A stretch of 64,000 bases of DNA from the NCBI GenBank assembly GCA_951406725.2, contig OX597830.1:558001-622000 (forward strand). Direction: 5' to 3'. Within the stretch, counting starts at the first letter, position 1. Each line of letters begins with the position of its first letter. Both the position numbers and the translations under genes were made by a program. The notes beneath the pieces were generated by a model. The model was not told the origin of the DNA, searched no databases, and was given only the letters and a program-made list of their open reading frames with translations. This DNA is from Octopus vulgaris. Its lineage: Eukaryota. Below, piece after piece: positions 52,847 to 64,000 of this stretch.

Positions 52847-54064
52847 GTGAATGGAAATGGATATACACCGTGTATATATTGCAATATTACTATGGAACGT
52901 AAGGAGTAATTTGTTGGTCAATGAATGGATTCTGTTACTACATGTACTAAGAATAAATATTCCACCTGCTCGCTGCTGTTCCTAATAACCTGCCACGCTA
53001 TATTTAAATAAACATCTGATATTAGATTAAACTCGATTAAAACCAACACGAACGATTATCTTAACGAACTAATCTGAAAATCTAATTATCATTGTAATAT
53101 ATTTGGTTTCTTTCTTAATTCATGCCTTAAATCAATATGTTGAACAGACAATCAGTTTCTTAATTTATAACCATTTAATCATTTAATTATAATCAAACAA
53201 CGCCGCCTGCCAAATCAACAAAACGAAAACACCGAAGAAGTATAAAAACAACAACAATAATAATTACTGCAACAACAACCGCATCTCCAAAGTGAAAGTA
53301 AGAGCAATAAATCTAATCCCAGCTACAGTCCACTGATCACATCTTGCTGGAGTATAATCAATATAAATCAGTTAAATCACTCTTAAACAAAGAAGATCAA
53401 TGGCAGGGGAGTTATGTTTTCCTGCAACACACACACGCGCACACACACCTAACCCCACACACACGCTCTCACTCACACATACATGCGCCCTCACGCTTAT
53501 ACAAACACAAACATATCCTATGAATAATGCGTTGATGAGATACACTTGGTCGATTAGGGAGAGAAATAACCAAATATTGTTTTAGTTGTTGCTGTCGTTT
53601 AGGCGGACATATGACAGAAAGACTAACGAATTTATGGTTAAAAGTTAAAAGTTGTGCTTCTAAACAGTCTATACGTGCCTAGATAGACATAGGCAGTACA
53701 GCGGATATCTAGAGAGACTAGACTGTAAAGCAGATATTCGACTGGATAAATGCGATAGCTGTTGGCAGGAGAGATGTTGTCTGTAACTAAGAATTGCTGT
53801 TAGTTTATTATAAACTAACATTCCTTTTATAGGAAATTGGTGCTAAAGGTTTTGCTTGGAAACTTCTTTTTCTTGGTGCAACTATGAAGAACACACCAAG
53901 TGACTAAATTCCATTTATGTATGAACTAAATTCGTTGTTGATAAACCAGCTCCTTTGTCGGCATTGTATGTCTTTGTGTATAACTTTATTGGTTGTTATG
54001 TATTTATAGACAAATATGTTAATACATTACATAATTGTGTGTGTGTGTGCGCGCGCGCGCCTCA

Positions 54065-54900
54065 AAAATTAACAACGGAGAAGACCGAACTGAATTGCAA
54101 TGTCTGGACAGAAACAAAATGCAGTTGAATGAGGAAAATTTGAACTCATGTACTATGGAAGAAAGACTGCTCGCAGATAACCATATTCTCTCCTTCTGAG
54201 GAATAACTTACAGAATCCATTAATATCAGGTATTTAGGAGGAGTGATTGTCGTCAACAATCTCAGCTGAAGTGCTCACATCAACAATAAAATCGATATAG
54301 TTCGATATAGTTCCGGGATCTTACCTTTCCAGAGAGAAAAATGTTTTCATTCCTATCTTGTTCTTCTCTGCACGGCTCCACCTATAATACTACTGCCCCA
54401 CACCAAATAAAGCATTACAAGAATTAAGTAACACAAGAGAGTATTGACTAAAACAGAAAGAGCATGACTGATCTTCATTATTGAGATTATCGATTATTAA
54501 AATCTAAAAACGTCTTCGACGCCAACGTGAGCGCAACATCACTTTCACAATGTGGAGAATATACCACCAGCATTGCCCAAGTGACCTTAACATTAGATTT
54601 AGAACTTATCTAAGACTCGGGCCACATGCCATACGTGCCCTGCACAATTCACGCTCGCAACACATAAATTCACTGCAACACAATTTCTCTTCCGCAATAG
54701 ACCCTGCTCTAATGAATATTACCCTAAAACAAAGCAAAGCAAAAAATACCCCATCACTTTCAAACGAAACCTGGGCAAATTCCTTCTAGCGATACCAGAT
54801 AGGCCACCTATACCGGGATATATTTCAGTCAACAACTCTCAGCTTGAATGATACCGCCAAACCTGACTTTAAAATGACTTAATAGATCCTATCACATGTT
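54065..54900 (+). mobile_element. Old, decayed CR1-group LINE 3' region
   Basis: RNKMQLNE..FELMYYG, IRYLG..IV.NNLS*SAHI, RRQRER...MWRIY, RLGPHA, PDRPPIPGY: same C-terminal layout as ORF2 at 7480-8310. Confidence 0.72.
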
Positions 54901-55004
54901 TTATCAAGTTAGACATAAACTGGGCCAATCTTTGGGCGAAACATATCTTATTTATCGTGGTTATATATGTACACGCACACACACACACATACACATAAAC
55001 ATTT

Positions 55005-55043
<39 letters not shown>

Positions 55044-55250
55044 GAAGCTGCTAATGAAATACTTCAATACAAATACCTCTTATAAATGATTTCTTATCAA
55101 AATACCCGCTGATAGTCGGTAGCAATCCGCTAACCACTTCCGAATTGAACACCGGGAAGTTTCGATGATATATCGTGGAGAAAACCTTTGATGGATTGCG
55201 TGCCATTGTCGTTTGAAAGGAATTTCCAAAAGCATAGAATGAATAGTGTG

Positions 55251-55284
<34 letters not shown>

Positions 55285-56157
55285 CGTGCGTTGTGTGTGA
55301 GAATGTACGTTGTGTGTGTGTGTGAAACTGCAGTGTGTGTGCGTGTTGTGTTATGTGTGTGACTGTGCGTTGCGAGTGTGTATGTGTGTGTGGGGGGATG
55401 TACGTTTAGCGTGTTTGTCTGTGACTGTTCGTTATGCATTCCTGTGTGTGTGAATGCGTTGTGTGTACGTATGTTTGTGAAAGATGTTATGTGAGTGTGT
55501 GTAAATGTGTGTTGCCAATGTGTATGTGTGTATCAATGTACGTTGTGTGTGTGTGTGCATTTGTATGAATGACATAAATCATTCGCTATTGCTGACGACG
55601 TAAAGCCAATCGCTCTAATTGGCGACGAATCTCAAAGTTTAGCTGATGAGATGAGATTATGTTCGGAGATGTTGTGTTGCGCGGTTGCTGTGATATCCTG
55701 CACAGAAATAAAGTAACAAGATTGCATTTAGAGAGCAACATTACAAAAGCTTCCGTAAAGGATTTGGTAGAATCCTTAAAGTGTGTGAATTGTGATATTT
55801 AGTCACAGTTAGTTACGTTTCAAGTTCAAATCCGGTCCACATCATCTTCGAAAAGCATTATTCACATATCGATTAATTAAAGTAGCACTCAAATATTGGA
55901 TTCGATTTTCATCGACTAACTTACCCGTCAACTAAAATGTCGATGTAGTAATGTTGGAAATACAAATCAGTTGGAAAACTGGTCTAATAGGTAACAATGA
56001 AACATTGATGAATTCTTTTGTCAACCAATAAGCCTTGCCTGGGGCCAATGACAATAATATTTTTTGTTGAGTTATAAGTTTTGAATAATATAAATTAGTA
56101 TTGTAAAAATAACTAAAAGGAAATTGTATTTCACCATTTAATGATATTATTATCTTC

Positions 56158-56327
56158 TTAGAGGCATTTCGCCGGTCTTTACGTTCTGAGTTCAAATTCC
56201 ACCGAGGTCTAATTTCCCTTTTCATCATTTCGGGGTCGATGAAATGAGTACCAGTTACGCACTGGGGTTGTTATAATCGACTAGCCCCTCCTACAAAATT
56301 TCAGGCCTTGTGCCTTTAGTAGAAAGG

Positions 56328-56328
<1 letters not shown>
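56158..56328 (+). mobile_element. SINE family A with the alternative tail (AAAATTTCAGGCCTTGTGCCTTTAGTAGAAAGG)
   Basis: Central domain followed by a different tail, then (ATT)n. Confidence 0.8.
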
Positions 56329-56389
<61 letters not shown>

Positions 56390-58109
56390 CGCCACAGCAG
56401 GAGGTTCGTTTTTGGAGCGCTGTAAGTTTATGTTAATTCACTCGTTTTAAAAGGTTCTATACTGTATTTTATTGGTTAAATCGTTTTGCAAGCCAGCTGC
56501 TCCCCTGGGTGGGGCTGGCATTTGTTAACAAAAGCCCTATTTTGTGGGGAGATACAAACATTTTTTTTCAAATTTCTTGAAGATGGCGACGAAATGCGAG
56601 AAAGAAGAAAGAAGGTGGTACGGCAATTTGCCCGAAGACTTCCCATTCCACCCCACCATGATTGGCATTAGACAGCAGGAAGATGAAGAAGAAGTGAAGA
56701 GTCAAGAAAACCATGGATAACTTCCAGAAACCCCTAGCCTGGTAGTGCTATATGGGGCTGCCGGTTCGATATAAGCTCTACAAGCTCGGGTGTGCAGTCA
56801 GTCGGGCTTGTCCGAGCTACACACAGCTATGAAACCGTTCTGCATGCTCTCGTACAGTGAACTAAGGTGACACGCTTGGTTCCAACCTTATTGCAGCCCC
56901 TATTTGTTCAATGTAATTCTTAAGATTTTTTACTCACTGTTCCCAGGGCTCCGACAATTATTGGTACTACTACCACCTTTTCCAGCGACCACAAGTGACC
57001 GAGTGACAACATACTCTGCAAGGTTCTTCGTGCAAATCCCGCCGTGCGATCGAACACAAGTCATCCTCCCAAGAGTGGATAAAATTATTTTCAATTCCAT
57101 ATTAGGTAGCTTGTAATCTGTAATCTCCCCAAAACGTTAAGTTTCGTACATATGGCAGAAATCATTCCAAGTATATACATCATATATAGTTTCAATTACA
57201 TATGATGGTTGAGGGCTTTCTATACAGTTATATGACTATATATTTTACAGACTCTTCTATTTCTCTACAAGAATAACGCACAGGATGGCCAATCCAGGCT
57301 AATATCTTTAGTGTTTCTATTTGTCTCATTCTGTGGTAATCATAGTTCCCACACTTTGTAGTCCGACTTTCAGGGATATTTTCTGTATAAATTGTATACA
57401 ACTACATATCGGCATCTTTCCTTTACGGCATCCTATTGAAGAAAAAAAAACTATTGTTTTGCAATTAATGATACCATCAAATCATTTGCTTAATATTTTT
57501 TCAGAATCTTATATTTTCTAAAACGTCTTCTATTCAGGGTTAAAGACTATAGAATAAATGAAATAAAGAATAATAAATAAAATAAAATGAAAATACATAT
57601 ATTTTAAAATTATATACCAATTTCTCGGGAAAAGATTCATATAACTAAAGATATATAAAATGATTCACCTCGAAATTTAGGTTTCGAAATGTCAAAATTT
57701 ATTTTGGTGACATTTTTATTCCAATTTGTTCTCAATTTGGAAATGTTTGGAATGTCATATTTAATGACATTACTCTCTCTAGTTACATCCATATTTAACT
57801 GTGTTTGATTTCAGTGAAAAAAAAAAAATTGTTGGAAACAATACACGAAATTAAATAACCCTAGAACGAAGAAGAAGCAGAATTTAAGTTTACTGCGCTG
57901 TTGATCACTGTGCTATGAGTTCAAATTTTAAGATAACCGTTCTCTTTTCTTTCATGAACAGAGTTGTTTGTTTTAGTCGCCATGACAAACCAAAACCACT
58001 AACAACAAAAACGAATACGCTCTGCTGCACGCACTCCAGCAACAGGAAGGAGTTCCAGATGATGTAGTACAAATTTGTCTGAAACTAGCAAATTTTGAAA
58101 AATTATTAT

Positions 58110-58290
58110 AATCCTTTCTACTAAAGGCACAAGGCCTGAAATTTGTGGGGAGGGGATTAGTCAATTATATCAACCCCTGTGTTTCACTGGTACTTAATCT
58201 ATCGACCCAAAAAGGATGAAAGGCAAAGTCGACTTCAGCGGAATTTGAGCTCAGTACGTAGCGACGGGCGAAATACCGCTAAGCATTTTT
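58110..58290 (-). mobile_element. SINE family A with the alternative tail
   Basis: CCTTTCTACTAAAGGCACAAGGCCTGAAATT...AAAGGATGAAAGGCAAAGTCGAC. Confidence 0.8.
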
Positions 58291-58292
58291 GT

Positions 58293-58756
58293 CTTGGTAT
58301 AAAAAGATGGGCTACAGCAAATATTCTGCTCAATACCACAAATTGTTTGACCTTCAACAGTTGACTATATCCCTTAGTGGCTGGCGATATGTGTATCTCT
58401 TATGACGAGTAGAATTAGTTGGGGAGCATCATAAGTATGTGTTAAGAGGAATTATTTGGGGTTTGAATAATTCACCTCTGGAAACATGGATGTTTCGTTC
58501 ATCATCCTTCAGCAATCCTTATTTTGGGACCTTTTGAGCGGGACGGGCTACTCGATCTGAAGCAAATTTTGACAGGGCCCCACTTCTAAGGTCATGCATT
58601 GTTTACCTTGAGATGAGATCACCATGTCGCGCACATATGGTTGTGAGGTGTGTGCCTGGTGTACACTTATCAGACGAGTAGTCATGAAGTGTATATTGGG
58701 ATGTGTATATTAGTACCCCAGTGTCACTTTGATGGCATGCACTGCTCTTTCACTCG
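58293..58756 (+). repeat. Dispersed repeat, probably a Dong/R4-type 3' UTR
   Basis: Homologous to 43550-43870 (GGGACCTTTTGAGCGGGA, GCACATATGGTTGTGA, CCCCAGTGTCACTT). Confidence 0.65.
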
Positions 58757-60608
58757 ATGATTAACAGCAAGGATTATAAAGAAGACTGCTGAAAACTTGT
58801 AGATATCTATTGCTACAGGTAGTAACGCGCTGCCCACATAATCCCTGCCAAGAAAAAGACTGAAGCTGAGACAAACCAAAATAATAAAATTCATTTGAAA
58901 ATTTCAGCACAAGACTAGCCACTTTGTGTTGTTATTGGCTCACATTGCCCTCAATGGGTAACTGATACATTTTTTATTGATCCTAAAATGATGAAAGACA
59001 ACGTTGCCGTCTTTGGGATTTGAATTAGGAACAGAAACAATGGGAACAGCTCCTGCCTAATAATCAAACAATCTGCCATCTCCGACCAACCAATGAAAAT
59101 AATAAGAATATTAAGAATGGAAAGGTGGAGGGAAGGAGAGAAATGTCAAAAAAAAAAAGAAATGTAAAAGAGGGTGAACAAGAAAGTGTGAAAAAAGATG
59201 GAAAAAAAGAGTATTGAAGATGAAAAACATGAAAGACAAAGAAAAGACGTGAATGAAATTGATGTAATCAATGAAGAATGACGAACAAAAGCCGTAAATA
59301 CACGAAAAATAAGAATGAAGACAACGAAGACAATGAGTAGCAATGTAAGAAGATTGTTCGTTCAGTCACCTCTTGTTGCACTTTATACAACATCACTGAT
59401 CTAGTTTCCTTTTTAACAATATGACATAAATAAACGGCATTTTACTTAGTTCTGATGAATTAACAGGGAAAAATGTGATTCATTAACTGTGTATGTGTTT
59501 GTGACGGTCCAACCGAGGTCATCCGTATGTCTTGACACCGTCTCGGAAATCTAATATCTCTTTCTTTACTTATGGCATATGTTAATGGCACATTAACAAT
59601 GTAAACATCGTCTCTCTTTCAATGGCCATAACCATTTCATCTCAATATTGATATGGCCAAACGTTTTTGTTCTCAAGTTTACTACTGGCGAACACATTGA
59701 TCGACATTTATAGAATCTTTGCCAATAGCTGCCCTGAAAATAATTTTTATTTTCGAAATTTTCATAATACACTTTCAGAATACAGCGTCTACATTAGTTT
59801 TGAAATATTTCTGTTATAAACAATGGGAATGATTAGATTGAATGTATAAATAAATATATTAATTAAATAAATCATTAATGTTGTAAATATAAATACGCTA
59901 CTATTTCTATGAGTTCCTTTCCGGAAATATTTCAAAATGAAATTTCCGGCTTTCTGTTCTTAGCTTGGACAGTCGATTTGTTAAAGGTATGAGAAAGTTT
60001 GATAGCTTTTTTTTTCTTTTTTACTCAACTCTGATTTAGCTGCTCGATGACCAAACGTATATCATTTAAAAAAGTAACCTACTGCCTGCTGCTGTCCTCC
60101 ATTTACACTTTTTAACACTTTCAACAACATTTCCACGACCATCATCATTATTATCATCATTGTAGTAACTAACGTTACCACCATCATCATCATCGGCAGC
60201 GGTAGATTTAACTCTGTAAGATCTTGAAAACACACACATGGGGCATGAATGGTTTTAGGGGTGCCAACTCTGTTGCAAATTTATGCGGAATAAGGATAAT
60301 CTTATCCTTTGATCCTCGCAAAACTTGGAGACTGAAAAAGGGATCCTGCTCGCTGCCATTTCCTCTGATTGAGGAAATAAATCGCAAACAAAGCATTTTC
60401 AGTGATGTTACCTTTGCAAATATTTCAGGGAAACGAAAATAAAATATAAGTAGAATATAAAGACATTAAGTTCTTTATTTGGTGTCAATAATAAATATGA
60501 AGATGGTCGTAAATAAAACGTACTTCTCGCTGGCTCTTAAATACTTCGCGGATAAGCGAAATGTTGGCGTATATACGAGTATATGTTTGTACGTGTATAA
60601 GCATACAT

Positions 60609-60680
<72 letters not shown>

Positions 60681-60785
60681 GTCTATGTATGTATACCTAT
60701 ATATCTGTATATCTATCTATATATTTATATATATATATATATATACGAAAAAACCCTCCAGGCTACATCCCGAAAATTCATTTCT

Positions 60786-61531
60786 TTGCCGAATTTCTAC
60801 AATGTTTACGGCGATTCGTTTTTATATCTTGATTTTTTATTTTTCATGCAATTTACGCATGCTTGCACGCTTGGTGAACACAGTTCACGTCAAACAGCTG
60901 ACTGAGTAAAGTTCACTATTCAATGCATGGGATAAGGCCTCAACAAACACATTATCGATTTTTGCACTTGCAAGATGAATTTCGGAACAGAAATATATCA
61001 TTCTCATTTTCCATATTTCTCCCCCTATTTGTCTCTGATGACGGAATATTCCATACTTGGGGATATCCCAGAAACAGTTGTAAGATTTTGAATTTCTTCC
61101 TATAATAATATTATATATGTTCCCCTTCCCTCAATGTTTGATGCCCTGTTTCACAATTATATATATATATATATATATAAAACTCAACTTGCATGTCTGT
61201 ATTGTATCTGTGTGTGTGTCGGTGTGTTTAACTTCCCGGCACATCTCTTCCTAGCCAACAAATCGTAGAACCACCAAAAATGGGTCACTTAAAGTTTAGG
61301 CGAATGAAAATTGAACTGCGCTATTTCTGTTCCGAAATTCATCTTGCAAGTGCAAAAATCGATAATGTGTTTGTTTAGGCCTTATCCCATGCATTGAATA
61401 GTGAACTTTACTCAGTCAGCTGTTTGACGTGAACTGTGTTCACCACGAGTGCAAGCATGCGTAAATTGCACGAAAAATAAAAAATCAAGAAATAAAAACG
61501 AATCGCCGTAAACATTGTAGAAATTCGGCAA
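60786..61531. repeat. Inverted repeat with 210-bp arms (60786-60995 / 61322-61531), about 6 mismatches by eye
   Basis: TTGCCGAATTTCTACAATGTTTACGGCGATTCG...TTCGGAACAGAAATA versus TATTTCTGTTCCGAA...CGAATCGCCGTAAACATTGTAGAAATTCGGCAA. Confidence 0.95.
61031..61087 (+). ncRNA. Minimal type I hammerhead-like motif inside the inverted-repeat spacer
   Basis: GTCT-CTGATGA-c-GGAATATTCC-atactt-GGGGATATCC-ca-GAAA-CAGTTG-TA-AGAT; near-palindromic stem III ACAGTTGT, GUA triplet; base of stem II imperfect. Confidence 0.62.
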
Positions 61532-63281
61532 CGAATTTTGAAGGAGTCGGTCGTGTTTTTTTACGCTCGTAAAATTCGGTAAAAAAGAACAAAAGGCGTT
61601 GTTGTTGTTGTGGAAATTCTGAACGGCGTTGACGCGGTTTCGCGTTTCGCTCGTTCAGCGCGTTACACTTTTTCTGTTTTGGCGGCCGTTTTCGGTCTGT
61701 CAGACAGAAGGAAATGGACTATGAGTCTCTAACAGACTTGTCCACGACGGATGAGGAACTGGAACAGGCAATTGCAGTGAAGCTGATGGAGGAAAAGGCT
61801 GGAGTTTTTGAGTCTTTATCAGACTTGCCTATGTCTGAGAAGGAGCTAGAAATGGCAGCAAGGAAATTGGAAGACAAGCTGAGTTATACCTATGCCGGTG
61901 TAACCAAGAAGGCGGAAGAGAAAGGGGTCGACATGGCCAAGTTGCCAAGTTACCAGAAATACATGAAAAAGGAAAGCGGTGAGGTGGAACTATCACCGAC
62001 ACCCAGGAGAAAGGAATGGTATGATAAGAGGACCATTATTTACAGGGTGTTCGCAAACGAAAGGAAGAGGGTAGAAGTTGTAACCATGGAATGGATAGAG
62101 GAAGCCCTGCGAAGAACTGAGGAGGAAATAAATTTTCTGACTCGAGGATCCAAGTACGGGACCGTAGTTGTGCACTTTAAAACTGAATCGGCAGCGAGGA
62201 AGATGGCAGCGAAGGCGGTGAAGTCGGAAAAGGTAACACTGTTACCTACGTATTTAAACAGGAGGATTACACGAATAAGGGTGGAGGGAGTGCCACCAAA
62301 CGTGGAGGCAGAATGGATTGTGGCGGCTGTGATCAGCGGCCACGAGGACGAAGTGGATATTCTCCATGCCTCGGTTAAGTCCGAGGGCTGGAGAGGCGTA
62401 ACAGTGGAGCTGAACGTACAGGCAGAGACCGAGGTACTGGTGGACCTGACGGAAAGCATCAGACTGGGAGAAGTGATCATGAGAGTGTGGGTGGAGGGCA
62501 GGGCTCCACGCTGTTACAAGTGTGGCCTGAGGGGTCACATAAGAGCCTTCTGCCCTCCCCCAGGGAAAGAAATGGATTCCGAACCAGAGAGAGAAGCAGA
62601 AACCAGAGGAGAAGGAAACAGAGGAAGAGAATACACAGAAATGGAAGGAAGCTGGAAGTAAGAGGAAGAGAAGAATATGTGGAAAAAAAGAAAATAATAT
62701 GGAACTCCAATCTACCCCAAAACCTCCCACACCCTCTGAGTCCCACCCTATCCATGCAGACATTGAACCCACCCGCTCCCCACCACCAACAAAACAAAAA
62801 AAAAAAAAGAATACACACACACAAGATATTGAAATCGAACCCAGGCCGTACATTTGTACTATGACTGAACAGAGGGAAGTTAAAAGTCTAATGGAAGAGT
62901 ATAAACGGTATGATGTTGGAGAGACTAGGTATGCTGTGATTGAAAAGAAGAACATAGGTGAGTTTATGGGGAGGTGTGAAAGGGAGAATTGGGAGGTGAA
63001 AGATATAAGAATGAGCGATGAATTCGTGGAAAATATGAATGAGTATTTCGGAGTAAGAATGGATATGGAATTTATTCGTATTGGCAAAGAACATTCAAGT
63101 GACTATGAAAAACAAAGGACAGGTAAGTGATGCTGACGGACGGGGCCGTTGGTATCGCTTTCATTTTATCATTTTTCGTTTAACAATACATGTTCATAAA
63201 GTTTAATTATAATGTTCTATGTCCCCATGTTTTGTTATGTCCGCCATTCTTCGTAGCCCCTTAGTGGGTAATAAAGAAATC
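61512..63281 (+). mobile_element. 1770-bp unit 1 of a tandem ORF1-only non-LTR-like element (first 20 bp are a candidate target duplication)
   Basis: Repeats from 63282; about 200-nt leader, one ORF1-like coding region, 150-nt 3' UTR ending AGCCCCTTAGTGGGTAATAAAGAAATC; no RT or endonuclease motifs. Confidence 0.85.
61714..63130 (+). CDS. Tx1/L1-type ORF1 (gag-like) protein of about 470 aa, split by one frameshift into 61714-62661 and a frame ending at 63130
   Basis: RRM-like RITRIRVEGVPPNVEAEWIV and zinc knuckle CYKCGLRGHIRAFC (CX2CX4HX4C); the +1 frame is open from about 62543 and reads QKPEEKETEEENTQKWKEAGSKRKRR...MELQSTPKPP... to TGA at 63130. Confidence 0.8.
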
Positions 63282-64000
63282 ACATTGTAGAAATTCGGCA
63301 ACGAATTTTGAAGGAGTCGGTCGTGTTTTTTTACGCTCGTAAAATTCGGTAAAAAAGAACAAAAGGCGTTGTTGTTGTTGTGGAAATTCTGAACGGCGTT
63401 GACGCGGTTTCGCGTTTCGCTCGTTCAGCGCGTTACACTTTTTCTGTTTTGGCGGCCGTTTTCGGTCTGTCAGACAGAAGGAAATGGACTATGAGTCTCT
63501 AACAGACTTGTCCACGACAGATGAGGAACTGGAACAGGCAATTGCAGTGAAGCTGATGGAGAAAAGGCTGGAGTTTTCGAGTCTTTATCAGACTTGCCTA
63601 TGTCTGAGAAGGAGCTAGAAATGGCAGCAAGGAAATTGGAAGACAAGCTGAGTTATACCTATGCCGGTGTAACCAAGAAGGCGGAAGAGAAAGGGGTCGA
63701 CATGGCCAAGTTGCCAAGTTACCAGAAATACATGAAAAAGGAAAGCGGTGAGGTGGAACTATCACCGACACCCAGGAGAAAAGAATGGTATGATAAGAGG
63801 ACCATTGTTTACAGGGTGTTCGCAAACGAAAGGAAGAGGGTAGAAGTTGTAACCATGGAATGGATAGAGGAAGCCCTGCGAAGAACTGAGGAGGAAATAA
63901 ATTTTCTGACTCGAGGATCCAAGTACGGGACCGTAGTTGTGCACTTTAAAAGTGAATCTGCAGCGAGGAAGATGGCAGCGAAGGCGGTGAAGTCGGAAAA
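63282..64000 (+). mobile_element. Unit 2 of the tandem ORF1-only element (runs off the window)
   Basis: Leader identical to unit 1; coding part from ATG 63484 has 6 substitutions and a 1-nt deletion near 63560. Confidence 0.9.

Noticed and set aside
62699-63130. A separate 143-aa second gene in the tandem unit
   Set aside because: Its frame is open from about 62543 and reads as the natural continuation of ORF1; one frameshift or assembly indel explains it better

Overview
AT-rich, microsatellite-dense eukaryotic DNA that looks intronic or intergenic. The tRNA-derived SINE families, (TA)n/(TAA)n/(GATA)n load and retroelement mix look like an octopus (coleoid cephalopod) genome; this is inference. 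No host protein-coding gene can be supported. The window is a mosaic of mobile elements: one CR1-group LINE with an intact 1034-aa APE+RT ORF2 (5.1-8.4 kb) plus decayed relatives; several Dong/R4-type relics, mostly beside (TAA)n; Penelope-like relics with GIY-YIG remnants and minimal hammerhead ribozymes; three Tc1/mariner relics; three SINE families; and foldback elements. The most unusual feature is at 60.8-64 kb: a head-to-tail array of a young 1770-bp unit that encodes only a Tx1/L1-type ORF1 (RRM-like region plus CCHC knuckle), with no RT or endonuclease. It ends in the same stem-loop+AATAAAGAAAT tail as the commonest SINE here, and it begins at the end of one arm of a 210-bp inverted repeat with a candidate 20-bp target duplication. 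A diverged homologue at 9.2 kb also sits just behind an inverted repeat. Together these suggest a family of ORF1-only (HAL1-like), possibly target-specific, non-autonomous retrotransposons.
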